Shown: positions 8,496-18,842 of the stretch, piece by piece
Layout: each line of letters opens with the position of its first letter
Position numbering within the stretch: position 1 is the stretch's first letter
Source of the DNA: Candidatus Hodarchaeota archaeon
Lineage (GTDB): Archaea; Asgardarchaeota; Heimdallarchaeia; Hodarchaeales; Hodarchaeaceae
Assembly: GCA_029856365.1 (NCBI GenBank)
Contig: JAHQWW010000037.1
Span: 1 to 28,703, forward strand
Length of the DNA stretch: 28,703 bases
Direction: 5' to 3'
Program-made: the position numbers and the translations under genes
Notes under the pieces: generated by a model
Seen by the model: the letters and a program-made list of their open reading frames with translations, nothing else
What the model was told of the DNA's origin: nothing
The model's database searches: none

Positions 8496-9142
8496 TTAGT
8501 TATGCCATATTAAACTTTTTTTCACCTCTTCAGCCAACCATTCATCGTAAGAGGATTTTTTTATACCGTTAGAAAGTCTTTTGAATCCAAAATAGTTGAG
8601 TAATTTAAATTTATATTCATTCCAACGATTAATGACGTTCAAAGCATATCTATTTTCAGGATAGAAAATCACTTTTTTCTCTACTTGATTTAGAACCTCC
8701 CAATATAGTAAATAAGAAAATATTTCCTTTTTTCTTAGTAAATTATCCATTTTCTTCCATGTCTCATGGTGGAATAGACACGTAAAAAACATCTCATCAT
8801 AATGAACTTGACTTTTTATAATATTATTTTCCTCCTCTGGAACTCCTATCTTTCCAACATAGATTTTTCCTAATCAATGGATTTCAATCCATTGATTTTA
8901 AATTCAATTTTACTAACGAGCTCGTTGAGGTGTTGTCCAAATTTAAGAGAATAGTACCCAAAATCTTTAGCAATTCTATTTATTTCATTTCGTAATGAAA
9001 CTTCAAGATAATCGTTTTTTTTCCAAGCTTGATAGATTTCAAAATCTAAGGCTCTATTATTCAAAGATTTGAAGGCATCCATGACATTATTGTCAATATT
9101 CCCAAGATGTTTACCGATGTAATGGAATATTCCTAGTAACAT
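8496..9142 (-). pseudogene. Frameshifted hypothetical gene joining track ORFs 8870-9142 and 8496-8792
   Basis: The frame of the second ORF is open upstream of its ATG (LGKIYVGKIGVPEEENNIIKSQVHYDE) back to the stop region of the first ORF near 8872, consistent with a single frameshift. Confidence 0.5.
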
Positions 9143-9435
9143 CCATCATCACTGTTTCATCAGGCCAAGATTAAGCAATTTTATATAGAATAATTCATGT
9201 AAAACTAGTGATGGCTATTTAAAAAGGTTTAATACTCCCTTTTGTAAGTAAAATTCCATTATAAGTTCCTGATTTTGTCAAAAGATACTTATCATTATTA
9301 ATTGCTCATATTGTTGCTATGAGAATCATTAATAGGATTTTTATGGAAAATTTTAACTCTTATTAACCTTCTTGTAGTCAAAGTGTAGAGTACATCACCA
9401 TCCCTTAACTAAATGAATTTTTAGGACAAGAAAGT

Positions 9436-10632
9436 CTATACTATATCCAATGCTTCGATAGCTGGGAGTTTAGATCCCATTAGAAATTGTATTAATGCTT
9501 TACCTGCAGTACTCACATATGAAAGTTCGATGTTATTTTTTTCAATGATTGAGATACTGTGTCCTCCCCCTGCTAATGAAAAACCTTTAGACTTACTCAT
9601 TGCCTTAAAAACTTCTAGTGTTCCCTTTTCGAAACTTGGTTCTTCAAATTTTCCCATTGGACCGTTTAATACAGTGGTTGCAGATTTTAATATTATTGTT
9701 CTGTACTCATTGATTGTTTGATCACCGATATCTAGAATGGGTGAATCTAAGGGTAGATCTTTCATTGAATACAATTTTCGACCTCCTTCATCCACAGCAA
9801 AATCGCTTTGAACTCTGACTCGCTGACCAAATTGTTTAATTAAATTTTTAGCTGGTTCAATGAATTGGAGAAGTTTTTTCTTTGCCAGAAAATCGTATGT
9901 CGGATCTCCTAGTGAATTTCCCAGAGCTATTAGAAGGAGTTGAGAAATCACACCTCCTGTTAAAACAACATCAGCAACATCATTTTTAAGAACATGTTCC
10001 GCAACTTTAAAAGAATCTTCAGGTTTTATGCCCCCCAAAATAAAGGTACAAGGTTTTTCGGGGTTATCAACGACTCGTTGAAGATTATCAACCTCTCGTT
10101 CCATGATTAATCCTGCAACAGAAGGTAAAATGGCAATAAAACCAACAAGACTCATATGAGAACGATGAGCTGCTGAAAACGCATCATTCACAAAAATATC
10201 CCCTACTTTAGCCAAACTTTGAATGTAAGGGTTTTTAGAATGTTCTTCAGAAGTTTTATCTGTTGGTTCACTCTTAACCATACGTACATTTTCTAGAACT
10301 AAGATATCTCCTGCATTCATAGTATTTATACGAGCTTCCACTTCAGGCCCATGAGTTTGGGAGAAAAAATCAACTTTATACTTATCACTCAAAATTTGTT
10401 GAAGGCTATTTGAATGTGCTTTTAAGCTACTGAAATCAGAACTACCTGGTCGTCCTTGGTGAGCAATTACAACGACTTTTCCCTTCTGATCAGCAATGTA
10501 CTTGACTGTTTCCGCGTGAGCTTTAATCCTAGTTGTGTCAAGGATATTTTTTTCATCATCTAAAGGACAATTTAGATCTACCCGAGTCAAGCATACTTTG
10601 CCTTCAACATTAATCTCTGAAAGTGTTCTCAT
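9436..10632 (-). CDS. pgk: Phosphoglycerate kinase
   Basis: RVDLNCP, AHQGRP, LENVR, VNDAFSAAHRSH, ILGG, NGPMGKFE, GGGH and YVSTAG motifs. Start uncertain (10632, 10674 or 10680). Confidence 0.97.
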   Translation of the reverse strand: MRTLSEINVEGKVCLTRVDLNCPLDDEKNILDTTRIKAHAETVKYIADQKGKVVVIAHQGRPGSSDFSSLKAHSNSLQQILSDKYKVDFFSQTHGPEVEARINTMNAGDILVLENVRMVKSEPTDKTSEEHSKNPYIQSLAKVGDIFVNDAFSAAHRSHMSLVGFIAILPSVAGLIMEREVDNLQRVVDNPEKPCTFILGGIKPEDSFKVAEHVLKNDVADVVLTGGVISQLLLIALGNSLGDPTYDFLAKKKLLQFIEPAKNLIKQFGQRVRVQSDFAVDEGGRKLYSMKDLPLDSPILDIGDQTINEYRTIILKSATTVLNGPMGKFEEPSFEKGTLEVFKAMSKSKGFSLAGGGHSISIIEKNNIELSYVSTAGKALIQFLMGSKLPAIEALDIV

Positions 10633-10909
10633 GTTTTCTAAAGTGCCTATGATAGTTTTTTCAACATTTCTCATTTTCAAAATTTTTCCAAGAATTCGAT
10701 CTTGAATTATTTCTTTTTGATAGTAGTATAAGAAATGGATCTAAAAAGCCTCTAAACTTTATTATTAAGATGAAAGAGAACGAGGTGATGATAAAAAAAG
10801 TCTAATATCGTGAATATAAGTCAGAAGGATTTTTTAGCTCCTCTTAGAAAATGATTAAAAGTAGAATAATTTTGGTGAATTTTACAAAACAAAAGAATAG
10901 GTGTAAAAA

Positions 10910-11851
10910 ATGGCTGGTGAAGGGTCTGGTTATGGAAAGACCATATTATTTGGAGAACATTTTGTAGTATATGGCGTACCTGCGCTTGCATCTGCAATAG
11001 GTGACAAAACCACATGTATTGTAGAATCTAAAGATGGAAAAGGTTATGAGTTGAATGATGACAGGCCAGAGGTTCCTGGATATAAAGAAAAGAAGCTTGA
11101 TGATCAAAAGGTCTCTATTAAGAATGTGCTGGATTTTATGGGAGTCAACCTAGATAAGAAAGCCCTGAAGATTACATTCGGGGGAGATCTCGTCTGTGCT
11201 AGTGGTGTTGGAGCTTCTGCAGCGAGTTGTGTTTCTCTTGCAAGAGCTATCAATGATGAATTTAACCTTGGATGGGATAATGAGAAAATAAATACTGCTG
11301 CTTATGAAGGTGAAAAGGGATATCATGGAACTCCTAGTGGAATTGATAACACTGCTTCAACATTCGGTGGTTTGGTCTATTTTATCCGAAATCTTGAAGG
11401 AGGTCCTAATACAATTGAGACAATTAAACTAGAAAAACCAATTGAATTAGTGATTGGGAGTTCAGGAATGACTGCTAACACAGCTGTTGTCGTAGGAGAT
11501 GTTCGTAAAAAGAAGGAGGAGGATCCTGAGTGGTTTGAGGATATAATTAAAGAATATCAAGAAGTAATAAAGGAGGGTCGTGAAGCTTTAGAAAATATGG
11601 AATTAGAGCGAGTCGGTCGGCTTATGGATAAAAATCATGAGCTTCTTCAGAAAGTAACCGTATCAAATGACGTCTTGGACAAAATGGTAAAGCTTGCAAA
11701 AGATAACGGGGCCCTAGGAGCCAAAGTCACTGGAACTGGACGAGGAGGAAATATAATCGCGTTAACTCCCAGTTCTGAACTTCAAGATAAAGTATACAAT
11801 GCATTAAAAGATGCGGGACATCCCGCGTGGAAAACTCTAATCGGAGTATAA
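10910..11851 (+). CDS. mvk: Mevalonate kinase
   Basis: GHMP motifs GKTILFGEHFVVYG, SGVGASAA, HGTPSGIDN and GAKVTGTGRGG; mevalonate gene context. Confidence 0.93.
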   Translation: MAGEGSGYGKTILFGEHFVVYGVPALASAIGDKTTCIVESKDGKGYELNDDRPEVPGYKEKKLDDQKVSIKNVLDFMGVNLDKKALKITFGGDLVCASGVGASAASCVSLARAINDEFNLGWDNEKINTAAYEGEKGYHGTPSGIDNTASTFGGLVYFIRNLEGGPNTIETIKLEKPIELVIGSSGMTANTAVVVGDVRKKKEEDPEWFEDIIKEYQEVIKEGREALENMELERVGRLMDKNHELLQKVTVSNDVLDKMVKLAKDNGALGAKVTGTGRGGNIIALTPSSELQDKVYNALKDAGHPAWKTLIGV

Positions 11852-11876
11852 TCTTTAATACTGAAGGTGAAAAAAA

Positions 11877-13184
11877 ATGTATTTTCGGGAATATCTAAAT
11901 AAACTTGAAGAGAGCGGAAAAATTACCAGAATAAAAAAAGAAGTTAATATTGATATAGAAGCTGCTGCTGTTTTAAAGGCAGCAGAACCAACTCCACTTC
12001 TATTTGAGAATGTGAAGGGATTTTCAGATTTTTTGGTTGCAGGTAACGTTTTTTGTACGAAAGAAAGCATTGCTGATTATTTTGAGATTTCTACATCACA
12101 ATTGATTCCTAAACTAACAGCAGCTATCGATAAACGAAGTCCACCAGAAGAAATCAGTGATGCTCCTTGTCAAGAGGTTGTTATGGATACAGTCGATCTC
12201 GATAGACTTCCAATCTTAAGACATAACGAACGAGACGGAGGGCGATACATCTCTTCAGCTGTCGTTGTGACCAAAGATCCAGAATTTGGGCAAAACCTAG
12301 ATTTTCATCGCGCCATGCAATTTGAGAGAAACAGAATGAGTACTCGAATCATTAAAGGTCGAGATTTCTACAAGTTTTTAGAGAAATCAGGTGAAATAGA
12401 GGCAGCTTATTGCGTTGGAAACACTCCTAACATCCTTGTTGCCGCTGCCACTTCCGTTAAGACTGGAATTAATGAGCTAGAAATTGCAAATGCCCTTGCA
12501 AAAACTGAAGTGACAAAAGCTAGCTCAGTTGATCTTTTAATCCCTGCAGGATGTGAAGTAGTTCTAGAAGGAAAAGTTTTTATGACTGATCGGGCATCAG
12601 AAGGGCCATTCATCGATTTAACTGAAACATACGACATAGAGCGCGATGAACCAGTCTTTGAAGTAAAAACAATCACTCATAGGAAAAATCCAATCTGGCA
12701 AGCTCTTGTCCCTGGCGCTTTAGAACACAAAGTTCTTATGGGTATGCCACGCGAACCTACTATCTTTAAATCGGTGAATGAGGCAGGTGTAAAATGTCTT
12801 GATGTTAATGTAAATCCTGGTGGTTCCTCTTGGCTTCACGCCATTGTTAGAATCGATAAACAAAATGAAGATGATGGTAAAAAGGCTATACACGCAGCTT
12901 TTGCTGGACATAGAAGCTGTAAGCACGTCTTTGTTGTAGATAAAGATATTGACATATATAACCCCTTAGAGGTAGAATGGTCAATGGCTACACGCTTTCA
13001 GGCTGAAAGAGACTTAGTTGATATTGGAAAAGAGCCAGGGTCAAGCTTAGACCCAAGTGCAGAACTAGGAACAAAAATCACAAATAAAGTAGGATTCGAT
13101 TTTACAGCCCCACTGGTGACAAAAGGGAAAAGCTTTGCACGTGCAGAGTTTCCTAAAGTTGATTTAAAGGAGTACTTAGAATAA
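11877..13184 (+). CDS. UbiD-family prFMN-dependent decarboxylase; likely anhydromevalonate phosphate decarboxylase
   Basis: UbiD motifs EVVLEG, SEGPF, VVDKDIDI, WSMATRFQ and LDPS; lies between mvk and the acnX genes. Confidence 0.88.
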   Translation: MYFREYLNKLEESGKITRIKKEVNIDIEAAAVLKAAEPTPLLFENVKGFSDFLVAGNVFCTKESIADYFEISTSQLIPKLTAAIDKRSPPEEISDAPCQEVVMDTVDLDRLPILRHNERDGGRYISSAVVVTKDPEFGQNLDFHRAMQFERNRMSTRIIKGRDFYKFLEKSGEIEAAYCVGNTPNILVAAATSVKTGINELEIANALAKTEVTKASSVDLLIPAGCEVVLEGKVFMTDRASEGPFIDLTETYDIERDEPVFEVKTITHRKNPIWQALVPGALEHKVLMGMPREPTIFKSVNEAGVKCLDVNVNPGGSSWLHAIVRIDKQNEDDGKKAIHAAFAGHRSCKHVFVVDKDIDIYNPLEVEWSMATRFQAERDLVDIGKEPGSSLDPSAELGTKITNKVGFDFTAPLVTKGKSFARAEFPKVDLKEYLE

Positions 13185-13199
13185 TAAGGAGGTTAAAAC

Positions 13200-14381
13200 A
13201 TGGAATTAACTCCCGAAGAACAAGAAATGGCTGAAGGGAAGTACGGAAAAGCAGCCCAAAAAGCTATGGAGATTTTAGTGACTCTCGGGGAAATATATGG
13301 TGCAAAACGATTGATTGACATCAGTTCAGTGCAGGTCGCAGGTGTCAGCTATGCAAACTTAAATGAGCCAGGGTTAGAGTGGCTAGCTGATATGGCGAAA
13401 GACGGAAAGGTCAGAGTGTTAACGACCTTAAATCCTAGCGGTATGGACATGGAGGAATGGCGTAAACTTGCCATCAGTGAGGAATTTGCCAAAAATCAAA
13501 CCCGGGTAGTAGAAGCTTTCGGAAAAATGGGAATTATCACCACTTGTTCATGCACCCCCTATCTATATGGTAACTTGCCTCATTATGGCCAGCACATTGC
13601 ATGGTCTGAAAGTAGCGCTGTATGCTATGCAAACTCAGTTTTAGGTGCACGGACGAATCGTGAAGGCGGGCCCAGTGCCCTCGGCGCGGCTCTTGTCGGA
13701 AAAACACCAGAGTATGGTTTTCACCTTGATGAAAACAGGCAGCCAAAGGTTAAAGTTGAAGTAAAAACGGAAGTTAGAGGAACATTCCAGTTTGGAGCTT
13801 TGGGTAAAGTCCTTGGTGATCGTCTTGGAAAGAACATTAGTTATATCACTGGGATTCCAGAAGCTTCTGTTGAAGAACTAAAATCATTTTGTGCCTCATA
13901 TGCAACTTATGGTGGAGTAGCATTATTCCATATGGAAGGCATCACGCCTGATAGGGTTACAACAATTCCTTCTGAAACCACAGAAGTTTCCGAAGATGAC
14001 CTAAAGGGTGCTATTAATGACCTTAATGAAGATACAGAGATTGATTTCATAAGCCTAGGATGTCCACACGCCTCTCTAGCGGAATTGGAATACATTGCTA
14101 AAAAATTAGAGAATAAGAAAGTTAATCCCAACAAAGAGATATGGATAACAACAGCTCGACCCACTAAACAAATCGCAGATCGTATGGGTTTTACTAAAAT
14201 GATTGAAGATACTGGAGCAAAAGTTGCTGCAGATACCTGCTGTGTCGTTGCTCCAATCAAAGGACGATTCCATGGCTTAGCATCAGACTCAGCTAAAATG
14301 TGTTATTATGGATCTGGTAGGAACAAATTTTCAGTGAAGCTAATGTCTGTAGATGAATGTATAGAGGAGGCTCTAAAATGA
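13200..14381 (+). CDS. Aconitase X catalytic subunit; likely phosphomevalonate dehydratase large subunit
   Basis: GVSY, TTLNP, CSCTPY, WSESSAVCYANSVLGARTNREGG, LGCPH, DTC and SAK motifs (Fe-S Cys ligands present). Confidence 0.9.
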   Translation: MELTPEEQEMAEGKYGKAAQKAMEILVTLGEIYGAKRLIDISSVQVAGVSYANLNEPGLEWLADMAKDGKVRVLTTLNPSGMDMEEWRKLAISEEFAKNQTRVVEAFGKMGIITTCSCTPYLYGNLPHYGQHIAWSESSAVCYANSVLGARTNREGGPSALGAALVGKTPEYGFHLDENRQPKVKVEVKTEVRGTFQFGALGKVLGDRLGKNISYITGIPEASVEELKSFCASYATYGGVALFHMEGITPDRVTTIPSETTEVSEDDLKGAINDLNEDTEIDFISLGCPHASLAELEYIAKKLENKKVNPNKEIWITTARPTKQIADRMGFTKMIEDTGAKVAADTCCVVAPIKGRFHGLASDSAKMCYYGSGRNKFSVKLMSVDECIEEALK

Positions 14382-14767
14382 AGCTAACAGGCAGAAGAAT
14401 TTACCATGGTAAGACTGAAGGGGAAGCTCTTGTTACAAAAGACAGTATCTCGTTTTATGGTGGAGTTGACCCAGAGACAGGGATAGTCGTCGAGAAAGGT
14501 CATGAATTAGAAGGTGTGAACACAACAGATAAAATATTGGTTTTTCCAACAGGTAAAGGTTCGACGGTCGGATCCTATGTACTCTATCAAATGGCCAAAA
14601 CTGGAAAAGGACCTAAGGCACTTATCCTCCAAGAGTGTGAGGCAATTGTAGCTGTCGGTTGTATTATTAGTGAACTTCCCTGTGTAGATCAAATTGATGT
14701 TAGTCAAATTAAAACCGGCATGAACCTGGCCGTAGATGGTGACAGTGGTGAAATCGAGATAAAATAA
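14378..14767 (+). CDS. Aconitase X swivel subunit (DUF126); likely phosphomevalonate dehydratase small subunit
   Basis: ISFYGGVDPETG and GKGSTVGSYVLY. True start is ATG 14378, overlapping the upstream TGA (ATGA), with a GGAGG RBS. Confidence 0.92.
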   Translation: MKLTGRRIYHGKTEGEALVTKDSISFYGGVDPETGIVVEKGHELEGVNTTDKILVFPTGKGSTVGSYVLYQMAKTGKGPKALILQECEAIVAVGCIISELPCVDQIDVSQIKTGMNLAVDGDSGEIEIK

Positions 14768-14768
14768 C

Positions 14769-14837
14769 TTGGTTTTTCCTCTCCATTTTTTCTTTTTTGT
14801 CTTTTTCGATGTTTATTGTTTTTTCTATAACCTTTTT
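14769..14837 (+). terminator. Oligo-T tracts after the mvk-ubiD-acnX operon (archaeal-type terminator)
   Basis: ttggtttttcctctccattttttcttttttgtctttttcg immediately after the stop codon. Confidence 0.55.
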
Positions 14838-14884
14838 AGTTCATAGGATGAATTTTAACTATCAAATCATTGAGTGTTTGTATA

Positions 14885-16849
14885 ATGGACTTATTAAAAA
14901 CCAGAATTGAGTTGTATGATGAATTACTTAAAGCAGCTAGAGGAGAAATACTAATTGACGTTATCATAGAATCTGGAAACGTACTAAATGTCTTAACTGG
15001 AGAGATCCAGAAAGGAAACATTGGTATTCATAAAGGATTCATCGTCTCACTTTTTAGTAAAAATATTGATGCTCAACAAACAATTAATGCTGCTAGAAAA
15101 ACTGTAATTCCATCTTTTATTGACCCACATATCCATATTGAGAGTTCTATGATTTTACCAACTGCTTATGCAGAGGTTGTTGCACTTAATGGCACTGGTA
15201 CAATTTTTGCTGATCCTCATGAGATTGTAAATGTCATGGGTATTGAAGGATTCAAATTAATGATCAATAATTCAAAAAATTTACCCACACGAATCTTTTT
15301 TGATGTACCGACTTGTGTTCCAGCAAAAAGGGCGGCTGAGAGCTCTGGTGCGGATATTAGAGCTAATGAAATTATAGAGATGATTAACCAAGGAGGGAAA
15401 AAACTAGGAGAGTTAATGAGTGTTGATGAAATTATTTCAGGTGATCCTATAATGAGTGATATTATTAAAACGGGTTGGAAGGAATGTATTCCTCGTGATG
15501 CTCATTTTCATTGGCTTCTTCCTAATTTAGCACAAGCTTTTACCACATTAAGTTTAGGAGCAAAATTAAAGCTTTATTCAGGCTTTATAGGGGGTAGATT
15601 TCTCAGAATTAACCGATTGTATGATTTATCAGCCAATGTTCTTGTCAACACCCTCAGAAACTTAGATAATCGAGCTTTAGACACCTATCTTGTAGCTCTT
15701 GGGTTAACAGCGGATCATGAAAACTATGGACCAGAACTCCAAATAAAACTTGACCATGGAATGCGATTGATACTTAGTTCACACATTTTTTCATTCCCAG
15801 AGATGGTTCCTTTATTATTACGAACTGTTCAAAGACAACGATACAAGGATACTATTGGGATGTGTACTGATGATTTGTGGCCTGACGAACTTATCAAGGA
15901 GGGTGGGATGCTAGGATTTGTTAAAACAGTAATTAGGCATGGATTGGATCCTGTTGACGTTATAAGGTTCGCTACACTAAATAATGCTCAACGATTAGCC
16001 CAAGCTGGTATTATTGAAGCAAATCTAATAGGTTCAATAGTCCCTGGGCAGATTGCTGATATTATTATACTTGATGGATCTTTAAAAAAGGTGAACATTG
16101 ATACAGTAATTCACGAAGGTCAGATAGTAGCAAAAAATGGTAAACTATTGAGATATTCTCCTTCTCCAGAAGTTCCTTCTCCTGCATTAGAGACCGTTAA
16201 GGTTCCTGAAATCTCCGAGAAAATCTTCCAAATTCCCAGACCCTCAACTATCAAAGATAGCACTGTTATGACACGTGTCCTATCGTTACCAAAACCCCCT
16301 GCTTTACCATTTCCAGAGATAATTAAAGAAGAGATTCCAACTGACGGATCAATCTTAGATACCGAAGGATACACAGCTATAACCGTATTAAATCGATACA
16401 AAGACAGAAAACAACCTCCTTCTAGGGGATTAATTCGTGGTTATCCAATTAATGATGGAGCCTTAGCTAGTACTGTTGCTCATGACTCTCATAATTTTAC
16501 TGTATTGGGGAGTAATGTTTCAAACATGATCATCGTGGCTAAAAAAGTTATTGAAATGAATGGTGGATTAGCAGCGAGTCAGAATGGGAAAATTTTAGCC
16601 AATATTGCATTACCTGTTGGTGGCCTTATGTCTACTGCTTCCCTGAAAGAGTTATGTCAATCAGCAGAGAGATTTAGAAACGCATTAGATAAATTAGGAT
16701 TAGATCCAAGTAATCCTATAATGCCATTTGCACTATTTTCATTACCAGCTGTTCCTGGTGCAAAGGTCACAGACTTAGGAATATGGGATGATAGACAAAA
16801 GAAATTGGTTCCTATCTTTGTAGAAGACAAAAACAGAGAAAAAGTATGA
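14885..16849 (+). CDS. Adenine deaminase family (COG1001) amidohydrolase with an insertion of about 50 aa
   Basis: DPHIHIESS, DPHEIVNV, GELM, DAH, DHE, CTDD and STVAHDSHN motifs plus the C-terminal Ade domain. ATG 14885 preferred over TTG 14870. Confidence 0.88.
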   Translation: MDLLKTRIELYDELLKAARGEILIDVIIESGNVLNVLTGEIQKGNIGIHKGFIVSLFSKNIDAQQTINAARKTVIPSFIDPHIHIESSMILPTAYAEVVALNGTGTIFADPHEIVNVMGIEGFKLMINNSKNLPTRIFFDVPTCVPAKRAAESSGADIRANEIIEMINQGGKKLGELMSVDEIISGDPIMSDIIKTGWKECIPRDAHFHWLLPNLAQAFTTLSLGAKLKLYSGFIGGRFLRINRLYDLSANVLVNTLRNLDNRALDTYLVALGLTADHENYGPELQIKLDHGMRLILSSHIFSFPEMVPLLLRTVQRQRYKDTIGMCTDDLWPDELIKEGGMLGFVKTVIRHGLDPVDVIRFATLNNAQRLAQAGIIEANLIGSIVPGQIADIIILDGSLKKVNIDTVIHEGQIVAKNGKLLRYSPSPEVPSPALETVKVPEISEKIFQIPRPSTIKDSTVMTRVLSLPKPPALPFPEIIKEEIPTDGSILDTEGYTAITVLNRYKDRKQPPSRGLIRGYPINDGALASTVAHDSHNFTVLGSNVSNMIIVAKKVIEMNGGLAASQNGKILANIALPVGGLMSTASLKELCQSAERFRNALDKLGLDPSNPIMPFALFSLPAVPGAKVTDLGIWDDRQKKLVPIFVEDKNREKV

Positions 16850-17102
16850 ATAACGTCAATCTGTATGGTTCGAGCAATATTAAGGCCATCGGGTTAAACA
16901 GGAGTATCTTTCAGGTTCAAAATCATCTTGAAATAAGTTGAAAATTAATTATCTTAATCATGGACTCAATTTTGATGGAAATTATTTCAGTTTCATCAGA
17001 TTTTACATAATTCAATAGTATTAAATCATCTTCATAAAAAGTGAGTTTCTCTGCAAGAAAGATAAAAAGAGGGTGCCCATTGAATTGATGATGTGAAATC
17101 TC

Positions 17103-17675
17103 GTGAAGCCAAAGAAAATAGCTGTTGGGTTAACTGGTGCATCTGGAATACAATACGGAATTGAAGTTATCAAAGCCTTGGTAGAAAGCAAAATTGAAAC
17201 TCATGTCATTGTGAGTAAATGGGCTGAATTTGTACTCCAAAACGAAGTAGACATTGAGATCTCAGAAATTAAAGAGATGGCTTTTCGAGCATATGACAGT
17301 AAGGAAATGGATGCGCCTCTTTCTAGTAGCTCAACATTGATAGATGGGATGGTAATTATACCAGCTACGGTGAAAACAGTTAGTAATATAGCTAATGCAA
17401 ATACTGGGGATTTAATTTCCCGAGCAGCAGATATTATGCTTAAGATGCAACGACCATTGATAATAGGAATACGTGAGACCCCTTTAAGCCCGCCTTGCCT
17501 ACAGAATTTATCTCAGCTAGCTATTTTTGGGGCAATTATCCTTCCTTTGAGTCCTGGATTCTATCATAAACCTCAAAACATCCAGGATTTGTTTGATTTC
17601 ATTACTGGAAAAGTCTTAGACTGTTTAGATATTCCAAATGAGAAATATCGACGTTGGAACAAGAAAAAATCTTGA
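17103..17675 (+). CDS. ubiX: UbiX flavin prenyltransferase
   Basis: GLTGASG, DLISRAAD, RETP and PGFYHKP motifs. Confidence 0.95.
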   Translation: MKPKKIAVGLTGASGIQYGIEVIKALVESKIETHVIVSKWAEFVLQNEVDIEISEIKEMAFRAYDSKEMDAPLSSSSTLIDGMVIIPATVKTVSNIANANTGDLISRAADIMLKMQRPLIIGIRETPLSPPCLQNLSQLAIFGAIILPLSPGFYHKPQNIQDLFDFITGKVLDCLDIPNEKYRRWNKKKS

Positions 17676-17690
17676 ATACAACAAGGATTA

Positions 17691-18842
17691 ATGCGAGAGA
17701 ATCAAAGCATGGAAACCGAGTATAGAGTTTCAACTGACAGAATTGAGAAAAGGGCAAATTTAACCTCAGACAGGAAGTTAGCACATATCCAAATCTGCTT
17801 GGAACATGATGTTCAAGGCCGAAATATAACAACTGGGTTGGAGGATATCTCCTTTGTGCATCATGCAACCACTGATTTAAATATTGATGAAATAGATTTA
17901 TCAATCGAGATTTTTAATAAAACACTCTCCCTTCCTTTAATTATATCAGGGATGACAGGAGGACATGATTTTGCACACAAATTAAATGCTTTCTTGTCTC
18001 AAGCTGTTGAACAAACCAATATTGGAATGGGTGTAGGAAGTCAGCGGGCAGCTCTTGAAAACGAAGAAGTCAAAGAATCATTCAATATTGTGAGAGAAAA
18101 CGCACCCAATTCCTTAATTATCGGAAATATTGGCGCGGGACAAATAGCTCAGGGACTTACTAATGACCAATTTCAAGAACTCACTGATATGATCAACGCA
18201 AATGCCATGGCAGTGCATTTTAATCCCCTTCAAGAGGCAATTCAACCTGAAGGGGACACTCAATTAAAAGGGCTGCATGAAAAGATAAGAAAGTTGATTC
18301 AAGCTCATTCTGTCCCAGTTATTGCTAAGGAAGTCGGCGCAGGATTTAGTCTCTATGATATTGCACAAGTCAAGAAGATCGGTTTCCAAGCAATTGATGT
18401 TCAAGGAGCGGGAGGGACCTCGTGGGCGGGGGTAGAAGCGATTCGTACAAGTTTACCGAGGTATAAAAACACAGGTGAAGTTTATTGGGATTGGGGAATT
18501 CCTACAGCACTTAGTACAATCCTAGCCAAAAGAAATTTTGAGGGAACAATCATAGGATCTGGGGGAGTAAGAAATGGATTAGACATCGCAAAATTAATTG
18601 CCTTGGGAGCAGACGCAGCAGGGATGGCTATTCCATTTCTATTTGCAGTTCAGAAACACTCTACGGAAGCAGTTGTGCAGAAAATTGAAGAAATTGCATA
18701 TCAATTAAGATTGGCTTGTTTCCTTACTAGATCTCGGAACGTCTTAGATTTAAAAAAAGCCTCTCTTATGATTACTGGAAAAACAGCCGAACTTATGAAA
18801 ATGCATGGAATTGATCCCTCAAGCTATTATTCTAGAGAATGA
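17691..18842 (+). CDS. fni: Type 2 isopentenyl-diphosphate delta-isomerase
   Basis: RKLAHI, SGMTGG, GVGSQR, HFNPLQEAIQPEGD, KEVGAG, GGTSW and WGIPT motifs. Start may be ATG 17709. Confidence 0.96.
   Translation: MRENQSMETEYRVSTDRIEKRANLTSDRKLAHIQICLEHDVQGRNITTGLEDISFVHHATTDLNIDEIDLSIEIFNKTLSLPLIISGMTGGHDFAHKLNAFLSQAVEQTNIGMGVGSQRAALENEEVKESFNIVRENAPNSLIIGNIGAGQIAQGLTNDQFQELTDMINANAMAVHFNPLQEAIQPEGDTQLKGLHEKIRKLIQAHSVPVIAKEVGAGFSLYDIAQVKKIGFQAIDVQGAGGTSWAGVEAIRTSLPRYKNTGEVYWDWGIPTALSTILAKRNFEGTIIGSGGVRNGLDIAKLIALGADAAGMAIPFLFAVQKHSTEAVVQKIEEIAYQLRLACFLTRSRNVLDLKKASLMITGKTAELMKMHGIDPSSYYSRE

Noticed and set aside
16850-17102. tRNA-like ggttcga at about 16867, or a remnant of the missing ipk in the ade-ubiX spacer
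   Set aside because: No cloverleaf can be built, and I see no amino-acid-kinase motif (KLGGS) in the frames read.
11877-17675. UbiD/UbiX as quinone biosynthesis or aromatic-acid decarboxylation
   Set aside because: Coupling to mvk, acnX and fni fits the modified mevalonate pathway much better.
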